64,000 nucleotides of DNA from Macrostomum lignano (Eukaryota). The stretch's first letter is position 1, and each line of letters opens with the position of its first letter. A model generated the notes under the pieces. It saw nothing but the letters and a program-made list of their open reading frames with translations, did no database searches and had not been told where the DNA came from. The stretch is taken from assembly GCA_002269645.1 (NCBI GenBank), contig NIVC01002507.1, positions 2,281 through 66,280 of the forward strand. The letters are read 5' to 3'. Below, one piece after another: positions 1 through 14,038 of the stretch. The position numbers and the translations under genes were made by a program.

Positions 1-2677
1 CAGATTTCACAATTCCAAATTATAAATTCCCAGATTTCCTCGGCGTCGCAAGGAAAACAGCAAGATACGCTGACAGTCCTTTGACATTAGCGGCACAAGT
101 CGCAAAGGAAGGCCACGTCGCCGACCGAATTCAGGGCGCCAGCGTCAGCCAGCAGGCTGGAGACAAGGCGCAAACCCGCGATGCGTGGCCTGCCTGCTTG
201 TGCGAGCTGGACGCCGCCCTCACCCAGAAGCTATTTTTAGCAACACATCTGTAGAGAGCCATCTGCATGTGCAAGTACAAGGGGATTCTCTGTTCTGTGC
301 TGAACGCTCCTTTATTTCTAAAAGTCATTACTCTCATTTACAAGTTTTATTTTTCTCGTATCTTCTGCTTGCATGGCAGAAAGACTTTCAAACACACTGG
401 CCTGTAAAGGCCCTATTATGAGTGCGAGGCTCACATCTCAGAATTTGCAGTACCGAATATTTTTAAGGCAGTGTATTTGATCTAGTCAACAAGAACGCAT
501 AGGTTCATGTACGAGTACATGTATAATGCAAAAAATGTATAGTTTTAGCGGGGTAGGTTTAGCGCTCACGCAGTTTCTCTCTGTGCCGTCGTTAGGAAAC
601 GGTCAACCCCCAAACCCAACGCATTTTCCTGCAAGTTTTCTGAATCACACGTTCGCAGGCTGCTGGGTGGCTTGCGGAAACCTAAGCGCTTCTCCAGTGC
701 TCGCTTTTCCAGTGCTTACAATTATTAAAAATTAACAAACCTGAAAATGATATCGCAAACAAGGTTTGAAACGAGGTACTTAGTTAATTTTCTCTTACTA
801 ATCTGAGGGTTAAATGATCAGGCCGTGGCTAGGGAGGGGGCCAAGGGGACCCGGCCCTCCAAAAAGGCTGTAAAAAATAATGGCCGATTTCCCGTTGACT
901 TGGCGCCCCTTCAAAGCAGGTTTGACGCCTCTGATCTCAATTCTAGCAGTTCTCCAACAGCCACTTTGGCTACTTTGGCCTCATCAGCAGCCCCTTGGCG
1001 CCACTTGGTGCTGGCGCGTCTCCATGGCGCTGGCGCCTCTTGCTATGGCGCCACTTGCCAAGACGCAGCCCCCAATAAAAGCCTCAGCTGCAAACCCTGT
1101 TATGATAAACTCCATACCAGGTGTGGTAATTCTAAGATTGAACGATAAAATATTGCTAATTTTGCTAATATTGCTAATCGCACGTCGGATTTTGACTCGC
1201 ACTGGGTAGAGAGACAACTTCAAGACACTTGTACAAAGAATTGAAGCGTGAACAAGAACTAGCTCGTACAGCTATATTTAATACTCTATCGTCTAAATGT
1301 TAAAAAGGTTAAAATGGTAAAACGTTACCGCTCGTTGTGGGACGATGTCGTCAAAAGCGTTGCGCCGGTAGGCTACTCGTACCTTAGAAGAATGCAATTA
1401 GCACTAAACAATAGTTAGACAATTCCGAATTAAGAAAATGAATTTAGTAACCACTGTCTTCATTTGAGATGCTTCAAGAACTGTGCCACAACTAAAGTAG
1501 ACCAGGTTTTTCTTAAATATGACGGAGCTTATATTCATGCAAAAAAGCAGTTCGTTTTCACCATCAGCTTTTTCAATCTTATAGCTGGATGTAAAATGAG
1601 ACATGAAATCTGGCTGGCTTCGGGAACGCAACTATTTCTCTTTGATTACCTTAATCCTCGGTCACTTAAAATATACATGTAGTTTTCCTATTGCATACTT
1701 TCTAGATTATTAACGTTCAACTCTCTGATTACCTTAGCCATGCATGATCACGTAGCCATTTGATTGCTTAATTCCAGAATTACTTCATTTTTTGCAGGTG
1801 TTTTCAGGATGCCTGTACACTCGTGTAAAGCAGTCTACCACTATTCCACACTTATTTCACGGTAGTGCAAGGATAGTGACGGGTAGATAAGATAACCCAC
1901 GTGACAAAACACTCACTCCGGGATGAAATTTGCACATAGGATGAAAGCACAAGTGAGAGCAACTGTGGAATAATGGACTAAAGTAATTGCTACTGGGCCT
2001 GGAAGACAGTATGAAATTCTGATCGGGCAACACTGTGCCCCGCAGAAGCTCAGGCAGCCGTCTCTATGTACCAACGACGTAAATGAAAGTAACAAAGCAG
2101 TAAATGAATTGTAAATAACTAAAATGTACAGAAAGTTTATATATGAAATAGACATTACAATTCCGATATTTGCAGTGATTTCCGTATATATGCTACAGAA
2201 GCAGCATATTTATGCAGTAATTGTACCAACAACAATGATCCACCCACTAAGCAACTATATTTTATTCACATTTTACTGTATGTTGTAAATGAAGTTTTCT
2301 ATCTAACCACACGTGATTTGTACAGGTGAAACTTTTTCTGTTCTTGATTATACTCGCGTATTTAGCAGCATTTCTCTCTCTATATTCGGATTCAAATGAG
2401 AGATTTAAGGCAGCGAACTCGCATTCTTAATAAAGCCGTTTAAGAGGCAATTATAAATATTGTACTTATAGTTTATATATCAGGTAGTTAACAACAGCAG
2501 CAAAAATCCAAGGTACAGTGTCTGTTGGATCTTCCGATGAGGAATTGAAACTGAATTTCGAGCTATCAGACTCCGGAATCATGGATAATTTAGTCTCTGT
2601 TGCTAGCTCTGTTATTGGCTGTTCAGACTGAGATGATTAGAGAGACAAAATGTGAGTTCGAAGGCTTTCAAGCTGTT

Positions 2678-5600
2678 TTATGTGTGCGCTGTAGCCTTGG
2701 TCAGGTTGCCAGGGATGGGTGCTGCAGGGTGTTGCGTCACCCCATCCACATTAGGCCATTCAGCTGTGACGTCTAAGGCGCAGTCCCCATTGCGAACGAG
2801 AGGTTTTTCAGAGTCGGATTGGCAAACCGCCTCAAACCTTCCTTCATTTTCAACCGGGCTTGGGACCGGATTTGGCGAAATTGCTGCTGTATATTGAAGG
2901 CTGTGCCGTCGTCTCCTATAAATTAGCGTTAAAGTAGAGAGAACTGCCAATATAATCGCACCAGAAACCACAAGTAGAACCAAAATCAGCCTCATCCTTT
3001 TAGGATTGGGACTTGTCTGTTCTTCCGCAGCCGACTGGGCAGCCGCATGCATCCAGCTGAGCACAGGTTGGCTCGAGTCTCCGCATCTGTTTCCGGCCGC
3101 ATCCGGGAAGCTGATCAGAGCCGAAAGCTGCTCACTGCAATCCGTGAAGCTCACCAGCCCGAGTACGTCACCATCAATGGTAAGATTGACAGCTCTGAGT
3201 GAACCACAGGAGACTGAGGAGTTCGTACTCTGGACGGTATGGTTTCTGGAATCCAAATGTCAAGAGTTGTGAAATTTGATTTAATAAGCCAGCCTATTGT
3301 TCTGACAGCAGATAAACTGCTATTCTCAAGTTCAAGAAACTCACAGCTTATCAGCATCCTCGAACTCAGCTATTTTGCAGTCTTCTGCCCCGCAGTTCAG
3401 GTAGAAGACCTTCTTGGTCCTGTGCTCATAGAACAGTCCGATGCGAAGCCTCTGTGCGAGATTCAGCGGCTCCTTGCTGCGGGTGCTCAGGCCGGAGCCG
3501 ACGCGAGTTCGCTGGCCTGAAGCCGGTGTTCAAGGAGAGTGAAATTGTGCAAGAGTTAAGCTGTGCTGCCTAAAGCTAAAACTGATGTGCATTTATTGCT
3601 TAACAATGATATTGTTCATGTTAGTCCTCACTACTGCGAGTAAGATTAGCTCATGAGAGTAGCCATGCGATATTTTATGGCAGATCCTGCCTCTACTGTG
3701 TTTAATTTTCACTAGTCTAAAAAGCCACCGGTTCACTCCAGCTTACTCTCTGTAACGAAGTTCTTCAGAGTCGTGGAGCTGTTGAAGCTGGCGAGCCTCA
3801 TGACTCCGCTGTCAGCGCTCATCGCAGCCGCCAGCTCAGCAGTCAGGTTCCGACGAACCGATCCTTTGGTGTAGCAGTTGCTCTCAAAATTAGTCATGCT
3901 TCTGCAGCAGAATCCCGGCTCCATCAGCCGAATATGTAGACCCGGAATATTCACTGAGCTTCTCCGATTCAGCCGGAATGAGACAGTCAGGTAGCTCCTA
4001 CAGTTTGATGTAATGTATTGTGATTGAATTTTAAGTAAGAAATTGATTTAATAAAATTGTGTCCAGCATCGGGGCAGCTCTATCGTACCCTTTCGTCAGT
4101 TGCAGCACGCGAAGCATCTCCAGCTCCACGGGCTTTGGCTCGCTTGTTGAAGGCGACGAGCAAGTCGCTGGAAATGCATTGGGGTTCGCATTGCCAGGGT
4201 AAGAATCGAAGTGTTTGACTGGTTTTATCGAGTTCCAGCTGGCAGTCAGCAGCGTGGGTAAAAACCCACTGACTGCTTGTTCACAGATGCCATTCGACAA
4301 CTGCTTACTTTAATAATAATAATATAATAATTGATTACACCTGCCCAATGGGCAGATGTGCAACCGACAGCTCAGCCGCAGCTATTGCGCGGCGCGTCTG
4401 AAGTCTGCGTACGGCTGTTCAGTCCAAAGACTGCGGGGTCGACACACACCCTCACTTATCCCAGCTAATGCTGGCACCCATTTTACAGCTGGGTGAACTG
4501 AAGCAATGCAGAGTAAAGTGTCTTGCTCAAGGACACAAATTGTTCCAGTGGGATCGGGAATCGAAACTGCGACCTTCACGTTGTGCGTCCGACGCTCTAA
4601 CCACTAGGCTACAACCCCTAGACCATTACAACTGCCTTGAGTCAGCTATACTAGGCATTTATGCAAAGGCGTGAAGTTTGATTTCATAATCACTATTTAT
4701 CAACTCTCTTCGTTGGCGACCAGACGGCTAAAATTGATGCTCTAAAGGCCTGCTGTCTTCTTCAACAATTAACATTATTGCACAGCTTATAGAATATTCT
4801 CTAATTGTGATCAAAGCGCTGCTTACCGTCCGAAGCCTTCGAGTGCAGTTCGTATCGCATCGGTTGTTGCTGTGCAGCTGAATCCACAGATTTTGTCCGC
4901 CTCCACTCGTTTACGCAAGCCTCCGTGTCAAAGCCAGTCAGAACCACAACGGAATTGTCAAGGTGGTCAGTCAGAATCTTCCATTTGCAGTTGAGCCCTT
5001 CTCAGGCACAGGGTCCGCGTCAGCTTTGGGAATGATTCGATCTTCAATGAACTCGAGTTTTTTGCTGAGCTGGAACTCATTGGTGTTGCCACGCGGATAG
5101 CAGTACTGGTTGCCTGCCAGAGCTCTAAAGAAAAAAGGGCGGGAAAGTAGATTTATTGTAAATGGACACTCAAAAGTTACTGGAAGGCCCACTTAAGATT
5201 TGGTCTACTAAAAACGTTATTTTCTGAGCTATTATTGGCAAAATGTGTTGTTGATTATATGATTAATTGGCTTTTCGGTCGGTACTTCAGTTATTTCTCC
5301 CATACCGACCTGTAAAAAGAAAACGTTTTATATTTTAATAATGTATAGAATGTATAGTAATATATTATTATCATTAGCTATGCTCTATACGCATGTACGT
5401 GTAGAAATGCCATCCATCGATTTTGGGGCAACATTCTAGCGGAATTCAATACGATAAAATGGGTGAGTATCTACTTACCATCCTACTGATAAGTAGAAAG
5501 ACAAGAAAATATCGCGTGTAGAACAAGTTCTGTTTATCCAGCTACAGCACTATGATATAATCCAATTAACTTTCGTACATTAATGTACATTGACAGCGCA

Positions 5601-5854
5601 AGCCTCGCAAGGACAGGTCCCCAAAGAACAATCCCACAGCGGGCAGCCCCACAAAGGACAGCCCCAATTAGTATGGCGCCCCCAGAGTAGCATCCCAAAA
5701 CATTCTGCCTACCTTTAAGCAAATGTTAATCCGCAAAAAAATCCCAGTTGGTTTAATGAATGAAGCGTCGCATCACTCACATTTGAAATGTGGCAGACAG
5801 CAGCAGAAGAGTCGCCAGGCTTCTGCCCATCACTATCTGCAGATTCAGTCGCAT
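2678..5854 (-). pseudogene. Copy A of the CUB-like/CTLD-like type-I membrane receptor gene; 1-nt frameshift in exon 2
   Basis: Exons (GT-AG, phases compatible): 5781-5854 (MRLNLQIVMGRSLATLLLLSATFQ, signal peptide), 4827-5124, 4089-4167, 3747-3997, 3345-3516, 2678-3245 (contains TM LILVLLVVSGAIILAVLSTLTLIY-RRRR). Exon 2 is 298 nt against 299 nt in open paralogs (ttctcagg vs ttcctcagg near 5000), which shifts the frame. A sequencing error cannot be excluded. Confidence 0.75.
4311..4618 (-). mobile_element. tRNA-derived CORE-type SINE in intron 2 of copy A
   Basis: The minus strand has a tRNA-like head (A box TAGCCTAGTGGTTAGA, B box GTTTCGATTC), a MIR/CORE-like body GTGTCCTTGAGCAAGACACTTTACTCTGCATTGCTTCAGTTCACCCAGCTGTAAAATGGG and a (TAT)n tail. 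Imperfect target duplication CCATT(CG)ACAACTGC. Absent from the other paralogs. Confidence 0.8.
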
Positions 5855-5929
5855 GTCGGACGCTTCCGGCACCTAAAAATCCCGATGTGAGGTGGACGCT
5901 GCATGCAGGAGATTCTGTGTCCGCTCAGC

Positions 5930-5936
5930 ATTTATA
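5930..5936 (-). promoter_or_regulatory. TATA box of copy A
   Basis: TATAAAT on the minus strand ~75 nt upstream of the ATG. Conserved in copies B (14118-14124), C (21363-21369) and D (28245-28251). Confidence 0.65.
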
Positions 5937-7439
5937 GGTAAAGACGTGAAACTGCCGAACAAGCTGGATATTCGTAGATGCCATCAAAACTTCTTGTACA
6001 CGTACGAGCGTACTTCTAATCACTTCTAATCGCTTAGCAATCCGATTTCTGTTTTAGTACCCGGATGTAGTGACAGTTAACTTGGCTTTTTGTTAACCCA
6101 ACCCTGAGACCAAGGAATTTCACATGCAATAAGCGTCTTGATTTGACTTTTTATTTGATTTTAAATATAATATTGCATCTGGTGAGACAGGCTCAGTCTT
6201 TGCTCTGACTTACATGAGCAAAATTACATTCTAGTGACTCTAATGAACCCCTGTAGCTATGATACTACATGCAAAGAAAGTAATCAGGTACGTTGAATTC
6301 AAAAATAATTTTGCAACAGAAGTACAATACACACAGCCCCTAAGGACTCGAGAACGGGAATGCCTGTTAATCGAACGATGGTAGAAAATTCTGCGGTAAC
6401 AAAAAATATTTTGTTTAACATTCTTAACCATTTTTGCTTCCTTCTATCTGATCTTTCCTTAAACAAATCTCATTTGACAAAAAAGGACTCTTAACATTGC
6501 CATCAAATTATGCTCAAATTTCTTAAAAATTATGGCAACTAAGTGTGCACGAAACTAAACTCACTGTCCATGTGGACTCACACTCACCAAGAGATGTTGG
6601 CCAACTCCAACTTCTTGCAGACTTTATAAGAGAAAATTTAGGAGGGGAGCACCGTGGAAAACCCATGATTTTATAGGCCAAGCCGCGGTAACTCTCAGGA
6701 AGATCCAAGTGAAACCCACGGCTTATCCGCGGTGAATTTTCTCTAAAGCAGCGAGTTTTCCCTCCTTTCAAGTACAACTAAAAGGCAATTCCATGTCTCT
6801 CCCATGGATAGTCAGTAGAATTGTTAAAGTAGAGGGTTGAATTATAGGAGTGCAGGTGTATGCGTGCGCACAGTTGCCGCCCTGTACCATACTATTGTAC
6901 GTAGCATGCGAGGAAAGAGAAGCAGAGGACGCACGCTCGATCTGTATCGTGCATGCGCTTTCAGACCAAGCGTGCACTGTTCATTATATGCCGCATAATG
7001 TCAGTGCTGTGCAAAAAAGGGGACTTTAGTTTACCGAGAACTTGGAGTTCTTTATTTTTTGTTCTTTCTAAAGGTGGTGAAATAAAAAAATTACATGCAT
7101 ACAGATCCCACAAATAGTTCGTAAATAATAATAGCCTGCCGTTCAGCTCAAAGCAGTCAACTGCAGGGAATAAAATAAAAATTACAAGCAAGTGACATTG
7201 GGTCTGGCGGATGTCCTTATTGTCGAAGTTAAGAGACTAAAATTTTCTTTATGGGTTCTATCGGGATTCACAAGGTTTTTCAAAATGTATTTATGATTTC
7301 TTCTTTTAGTTTATTTCAACAACGAGCAGTGCGAGCTAAAAGTACTGTGGTGCAGAAACAGCTTGAGTATTAGTTTCATAGCTCTCATTTAGTCTTTTTT
7401 GGTGGAAAACTTTAGCTAGAACTTTAGGATATGTTCCAC

Positions 7440-7830
7440 ATTATCTCGATTCTGCATTCCCCAGATTTTAGCTCGTACATTCCCCCAGATTTTACGTTCC
7501 CGCAGCTTTCACATTCCTAAGATTTGCATCTCCCAGATTTCACATTCCTTAAATTTTACATTCCTCCAATTCTACATTTCTTAGATTTCACTTTCTCCAA
7601 CTTTTACATTCCACGAATTTTGCACCCCCAGCTTTCACATTTCGCAGATTTTGCTTTTCTCCATGTTTCACATTCCCAGATTTTGCATTCCTCCATATTT
7701 TACATTCCTAAGATTTCAAATTCCTAAGATTTCAAATTCCTATGATTTCAAATTCCTAAGATTTCAAATTCCTAAGATTTTACATTCCACAGATCTTACA
7801 TTCCCCAAATTATACATTCCCAGATTTCCC
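7440..7830. repeat. Degenerate ~15-bp minisatellite (TTCACATTCCCCAGA-like), part of the repeated unit
   Basis: The motif CCCAGATTTCACATT recurs here and at ~22300-22500, ~35700-35900, ~42667-43215 and ~46310-46420. Confidence 0.7.
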
Positions 7831-8543
7831 GGCGTCGCAAGGAAACAACAAGATACGCTGTCAGAGTCCTTTGACGGTAGCAGCACAAGTCGCAAAGAAA
7901 AGCCACGTCGCCGATTGAATCCGGGGCGCCGGCGTCAGACAGCAGGCTGGAGACAAGGCGCGAACCCGCGATACGTGCATGGGACAGCTTGATTTTGCCA
8001 GCCGCTCTCACCCCATGTACGCAAGGCGAACCCCAGAGCTATTTTTAGCAACACATCTGTATAGTGCCATTTGAATGTGAAAGTGCAAGAGGATTCTCTG
8101 GTCTGTGTTGAACGCTCTTTAATTTTTAAACGTTTGCGTTATTAACAAGTTTTTTCTGTTATCTTCTGCTTGCATGGCAGAAAGACTTTCAAACACTCTG
8201 GCCTGTAAAGGCTCTATTATGAGTGAGGCCCAAATCTCAGAATTCGCAGCACAGAATATTCAAAGCAGGGTATTTGATAGTCAACAGGAACGCATAGGCA
8301 CAATGCAAAAATGCATAGTTTGAGTGTAGCGTTACAGCTCAACGAAGTTTCTCTCTGTGCCCTGCCCTCAACGCATTTTGTTGGGAGTCTTCTGTGTCAC
8401 GCGTTCGCAGGCTGCTGGCTGCTGCAGCCTCTAATCTCGGAAACAGTTATTAAAAAAATAAACAATGCTGAAAATGAAACGGAATGAAATGAAATTTCAT
8501 TGCCATGTGCATGCTATATGCGCTAGTAAATTTATTACATTTT

Positions 8544-10519
8544 TGATGGGTTTCGACCTTTGGGCTCCTTGTTAGGGAAGCCTTCGGGCCTCAGGCTCAG
8601 AAATAAATCAATTAGAGCCCTGGCCCCCCACTCCTGTCAGATGGTCAGCCCCATGGTAGCTTGATCGTGTGGCGAGCAGTCTTGGTCCTATAGCTAAGAG
8701 AGGGACAGCGAGAGACAAGCAGGGAGAATTTTGAAGGTAGAAATTAGTTAATCCGCAGATTAGCTAACTCGCTGCCACCAGCCCGTACGTCCTGGCTCAC
8801 CACACCGGGACTCTCGAAATCGGGCTTCCGACTAGAAGGGGCTTTGCACTTACCTTGCAACTAGTGTCTTTTTGCTGTCAATCTCGAAGTCATAGCCGAT
8901 GATAAGGGACACTGCTGGGACTAGATCGCATTGGCCATGCAGGTACAGGGGGACTTGTGCAGGGGATTCTTGCAGTGGCGAGTCTATGGGGTAGCTACAT
9001 GTACTATTACATTGCTAAATACGAAGATATGTACTTTTGGCCTTCAACGCGCCAACTAGCCTATCATAGCGCTGATGATAGGCTAACTCGAACTTCAGAG
9101 ACCTCGCATGATTCATTTACCCGAGCCGCTTGGCTACCCTAGAGTGCACAAAGTACATCTCTGGCGCCGATTCTGCACTTCTGGCAGTTTTGCTCACTGA
9201 TTTGATAGATTGGTCGACTGAGAACCGCCTTGCCATTGGTCCACTGTGACCGGCGCCTACTAGCTTAGCTACTCATCTGAGCCATCGGCGAACAAAGAAA
9301 TAAAGCCGATAAAAATAACTGTTAGATTTAACCTTCTCCTTAGATCACTTCACACCTCAGATTGAATTGGAGTTTTAGACTACTAGCAGTATTATTGAAT
9401 GATTTCTGCCTCAGCAACAGCACTTATTGAACAAAATGAGCAAAAGTGTGCGCCTAATTCAGCTACTGAAAAAGGGGACAGATAAGGGATCACCCAATCA
9501 AGCAAGTCTAGGTAGCCTCTCACCCAACCAATCAGAAACTCAACAGCCGGAGACCAGGTAATCCACAGTGACCGAATCGGCTTGATGCTCTGCAGCTGTA
9601 GACTCGGGATGATGCTGTCACAATCTTCGCTGTTAGCTAGCAGGTGATGCTCTTCACTTGATGTTCGCTGCTGATGACCGGGGGACTCGTCCTTGATGAT
9701 GATGGGGGGGAAGTCGCAATCCGGGGATCAAGAAACGACGGTCAGGCTCCGGGAGGTCTCAAGCTAGGCCAAGGTCCCAGGAGGTTGAGGTCCGAGCGGG
9801 CCAAAAACACCGGTTTAAATAGCCGCCAACTGGACCGCAGTTTGTTATAATGGAACACGTTGATTCTGATTGGCTGAGCCGTTTTGTTAAAATGAGCGCC
9901 GAATTTTCTGATTGGCTAAGCTTGTTGCTACCCATAATCACGTGACCGAGAGATCCTATCAGTTCCCACAGGGTCGTAAAAAGATGACAGATGCGGCCAT
10001 AAATCAATCAAAATCGCAACAAAATGATTTATGACTTTTCGCGTAGGATTGACAGAAATTGATGAAAAAATATACATTAGCAAGCTCTTATTAAATAGAA
10101 AGTGAAGATAATGAAGAGAAATTGCTAATCGCTAATCCCAAGGTACTTTTATGGGTAAAACGCATAGCTGTCAAAGCTGTCACACGCTTGAGTGAACACG
10201 AACAATAGGCTCTGACCTCATAAATCTTGATGGCCTGTCAAAATGATGAGAAAAAAGCTACCGCCCGCATCCTCTCAGACCATCTGGCACCCGCCTAAAC
10301 ACTGAGTGAGGCGCAGGTGGCTGTCAGACCAGCTTCGAAAGCGATGATTTATGACCCAAAAAGCTGCGCCTATGTTATTATGACTACTAGTATGACCAAA
10401 CATTATATCTAGTATAGATTCTATGACAATTAACAAAAAAGGATAAAATGCCCACTGCCCACTGTTAGTAGGCTGGTAAAGTTAGAGCCCATGTGCTAGC
10501 GCGGGATTTGGATTCATCA
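8544..10519. mobile_element. Probable solo LTR (~1.98 kb)
   Basis: Begins TGATG and ends CATCA, flanked by a 4-bp TTTT duplication (8540-8543 / 10520-10523). The paralogous flank near 36630 is the empty site with a single TTTT. Internal CCAAT boxes and AATAAA; no long ORF. Confidence 0.65.
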
Positions 10520-11264
10520 TTTTCATGACAAAACGTAAATTTCGCAAAAGGGTTACAGTTAAAATGGTTAGATTAGTAGGTACAATAATTTTGTTAAAAT
10601 AATTTTGCAGGCTTTGAATTTACCTACTAATACTATTAATACCCAAAATTGTCCATGCGCTCGTTTTTTCACCACTGTTTAATTCAGCAACAAACCAAGC
10701 AGTCAATCCTTATTGCACACATCTTTCGCGTTAGTGCAGTGAAAACATCAGATGTGTGGAAGGATAGGGTAAAGTAGTAAATGAATTATAAACAAATGAA
10801 ATATTTATAATATTTACAGCGATTACAGCATTTATAAAGCAGAAAAATTGTTGCATAATAGTGACAGCATAAGTGTACAGTGATCACTCGCATATAACAG
10901 CTAGCGAACTTCTCACTCAATCCTCGTAGTTCATTCTTAGTAAAGCTGCTAACACTTATTTAACACCAGCAACAAAATCATAAAATATTGTCTGTTGAAT
11001 CTTCAAACCAGTCATTTACCGGATGCATCCGATGAGGAAGTGAAACTGGATTTCGAGCAAACAGACTCCATAATTATTAATGATTTTGTCTCTTTTGCAA
11101 GCGCGGATATTGGCTGATCAAAGCGAGATGATTGGCGTGACTAAATGAGAGCTGGTAGGCTTTCAAGCTGTTTTATGTGCGTGCTGTAGCCTTTGTCAGG
11201 CTACCAGGGAAAGGTGATGGGTGTTGCGTAACTCCATCCACATTTTAGCATTCAGCTGCGACGT

Positions 11265-14038
11265 CTAAGGCGCAGAATGAACCAGAGGTTTTTGGGCGTC
11301 GGATTGACAGGCCCCCTCAGGCCCTCCTCCTTTTTCAACGGGGCTTGGGACCGTCTTTGGCGAAGCTGCTGCTTCACGTTGAAGGCATTGCAGTTGTTTC
11401 ATAAAAATTAGCGTTAAAGTAGAGAGAAATAACAATAGAATCAAACCAGCAGCCACAAATTGAACCATAATCAGCCTCATCCGTTCAGGACTGGGACTTG
11501 TTTGCTCTTCTTCCGCAGCCGGCTGGGCAGCCGCAAGCATCCAGTTGAGCACAGGTTGGCTCCAGTCTCCGCATCTGTTTCTGGCCGCATCCGGGAAGCT
11601 GATCAGAGCCGGCAGCTGCTCACTGCAGTCCGTAAAGCTCACCAGCCCGAGTACCTCACCATCAATGGTAAGATTGACAGCTCTGAGTGAACCACAGAAG
11701 ACTGAGGAGTTCGTACTCTGGACGGTATGGTTTCTGGAATCCAAATGTCAAGAGTTGTGAAATTTGATTTAAGTAGCGAGCCAATTGTTCTGACAGCAGA
11801 TAAACTGCTATTCTCAAGTTAAGAAACTCACAGCTTATCAGCATCCTCGAACTCAGCCATTTTGCAGCCTTCTGCCCCGCAGTTCAGGTAGAAGACCTTC
11901 TTGGTCCTGTGCTCATAGAACAGTCCGATGCGAAGCCTCTGTGCGAGATTCAGCGGCTCCTTGCTGCGGGTGCTCAGGCCGGAGCCGATGCGAGTTCGCC
12001 GGCCTGAAGCCGGTGTTCAAGTGGAGTGAAATTGTGCAAGAGTTAAGCTGTGCGGTCTACAGCTAAAATTGATGTGCATTTATCGCTAAACAGTGATATT
12101 GTTCCTGTTAATTCTTACTACTGCCAGTAGGATAAACTCAACGAGTAGCATTGCGATGCTTTATTTCTGATTCTATCTTACTGGCTTGAAGTTTTGTTAA
12201 GTGTTCAGAAACCAACCGCTTCATTTCAGCTTACTCTCTGTTACGAAGCTCTGCAGAGCCGCGGAGCTGTTGAAGCTGGCGAGCCTCATGACTCCGCTGT
12301 CAGCGCTCATCGCAGCCAGCTCAGCAGTCAGGGACCGACGAACCGATCCTGTGGTGTAGCAGTTGCTCTCAAAATTAGTCATGTTTCTGTCGCAGAATCC
12401 CGGCTCCATCAGGCGAATTTGTAGACCCGGGATATTCGCTGAGCTGCTCCGATTCAACCGAAATGAGACAGTCAGGTAGCTCCTACAGTTTCGTGTAGAG
12501 CACAGTGATTAGTTTGGAGTAAGGAAAAGATTTTTTAAAAATAGTTCAGCATCGGGCCAGCTCTATCGTACCCTTTCGTCAGTTGCAGCACCCACAACAT
12601 CTCCAATTCAACTGGCTTTGGCTCGCTTGTGGAAGAGCAAGTCGCTGGAAAGTTCAAGTTTCATTGGGAGTTGACTGCTTTTATCGAGTACCGGCTAGAA
12701 GTCTGTATCTGTAGTGTGGCACTAAAACCTACAGACTTCTCGCACACACTTGCCATTAAACAAGTACAGACTTCACTACTGCACTATGCATTTATGCGTC
12801 GCGTGAAGTTCGTTTTTGTCATCTCTACTATTTGTTTTCAACTTCCTTAAACTGTATAAAGCCTTCTGTTGGTAATTAACTGAATGAACGTCAATAAACC
12901 GCTTTTAGATGTTCTGTTTCTAGCTCGTAGCAAAAGACTAACTGCATGCGAACAGGAAATACAAGTTAGAACTGGACAAAATTAAATATTATAATATATC
13001 TGTAATTGTGCTCGAAGCTTGCTCTACTTACAATCCGAATCATTCGAGTGCAGTTGGTATCGCATCGGTTGATGTTGTACAGGTGAATCCACAGATCTTT
13101 TCCACCTCCGCTTGCTTAGGTACGCCTTCGTGTCAAAGCCAGTCAGAACCACAACGGCTTTGTCAAGATGGTCAGTCAGAATTTTCCATTTGCAGTTGAG
13201 GCCTTCCTCAGGCACGGGCTCTCCGTAAGTTTTAGGTATGATTCGATCCTCAATTAAATCCAGTTTTAAGCTGAGCTGCAACACAGTGATGCCACGCGGA
13301 TAGCAGTAATGGTAGCCTGCCTGAGCTCTGAAGAGAAGAGTAAAAGGGTGGGACTGTAGATTTATTGTAAATGGACACTTAGAAGTTACTGGAAGGCCCA
13401 CTTAAGATTTGGTCTACTAAAAACGTTTTTTTCTGAGCTATTACTGGCAACATGTGTTGTTGATTGTGTGATTATTTGGCTTTTCGGTCGGCACTTCAGT
13501 TTTTCTCGCATATCGACCTCTTAAGTAATACGAGTATGTTTTATATTTTTTAATAATGTATAGAATGTATAGTAATAGATTATTATCATTAGCTATGCTC
13601 TATACACATGAACGTGTAGAAATGCCATCGATTTTGGGGCAACATTCTAGGCGAATTCAATACGATAAAATGGGTATGTACTTTACCATCCTACTGATAG
13701 TAAAAAGACAAGAAAATATCGCGTGAAGAACAAGTGCTGTTTATCCAGCTACAGTACTATGATATAATCCAATTAACTTTCGTACATTAATGTCGTACAT
13801 TGACAGCGCCAGCCTCGCAAGGACAGGCCCCCAAAGAACAGCCCCAATCAGTAGGGGGCGCCACTCTGGCGCCCCCAGAGTGGCATCACAAAACATTCAG
13901 CCCACCTTTATGGAAATACGAATCCGCTATATCCCTGTTGGTTTAATAAATGAAGCATCGCATCACTCACATTTGAAGTGCAGCAGACAGCAGCAGAAGA
14001 GTCGTCAGGCTTCTGCCAATCACAATCTGCAAATTCAT
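11265..14038 (-). CDS. Copy B, CUB-like/CTLD-like type-I membrane protein, ~441 aa, apparently open
   Basis: join of 13971-14038, 13032-13327, 12572-12644, 12235-12482, 11832-12003, 11265-11733 = 1326 nt with no internal stop. The ancestral ATG is mutated to ATA and a new ATG lies two codons downstream. The tail is shortened by a deletion. CUB-like NCKWKIL..VVLTGFD and SYLTVSF..IPGLQIRL; CTLD-like C..F.SNCY, LASFNS, LRIGLF, DCSEQLP. Confidence 0.75.

Noticed and set aside
3345-3560. LRR or Toll-like receptor assignment for the tandem gene
   Set aside because: The Leu-rich frame contains stops. The spliced frame fits CUB-like plus CTLD-like domains, and there is no TIR domain in the tail.
4545-4618. 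tRNA genes (also 55271-55340)
   Set aside because: These are tRNA-like heads of SINEs with bodies, tails and target duplications; no complete cloverleaf is evident.
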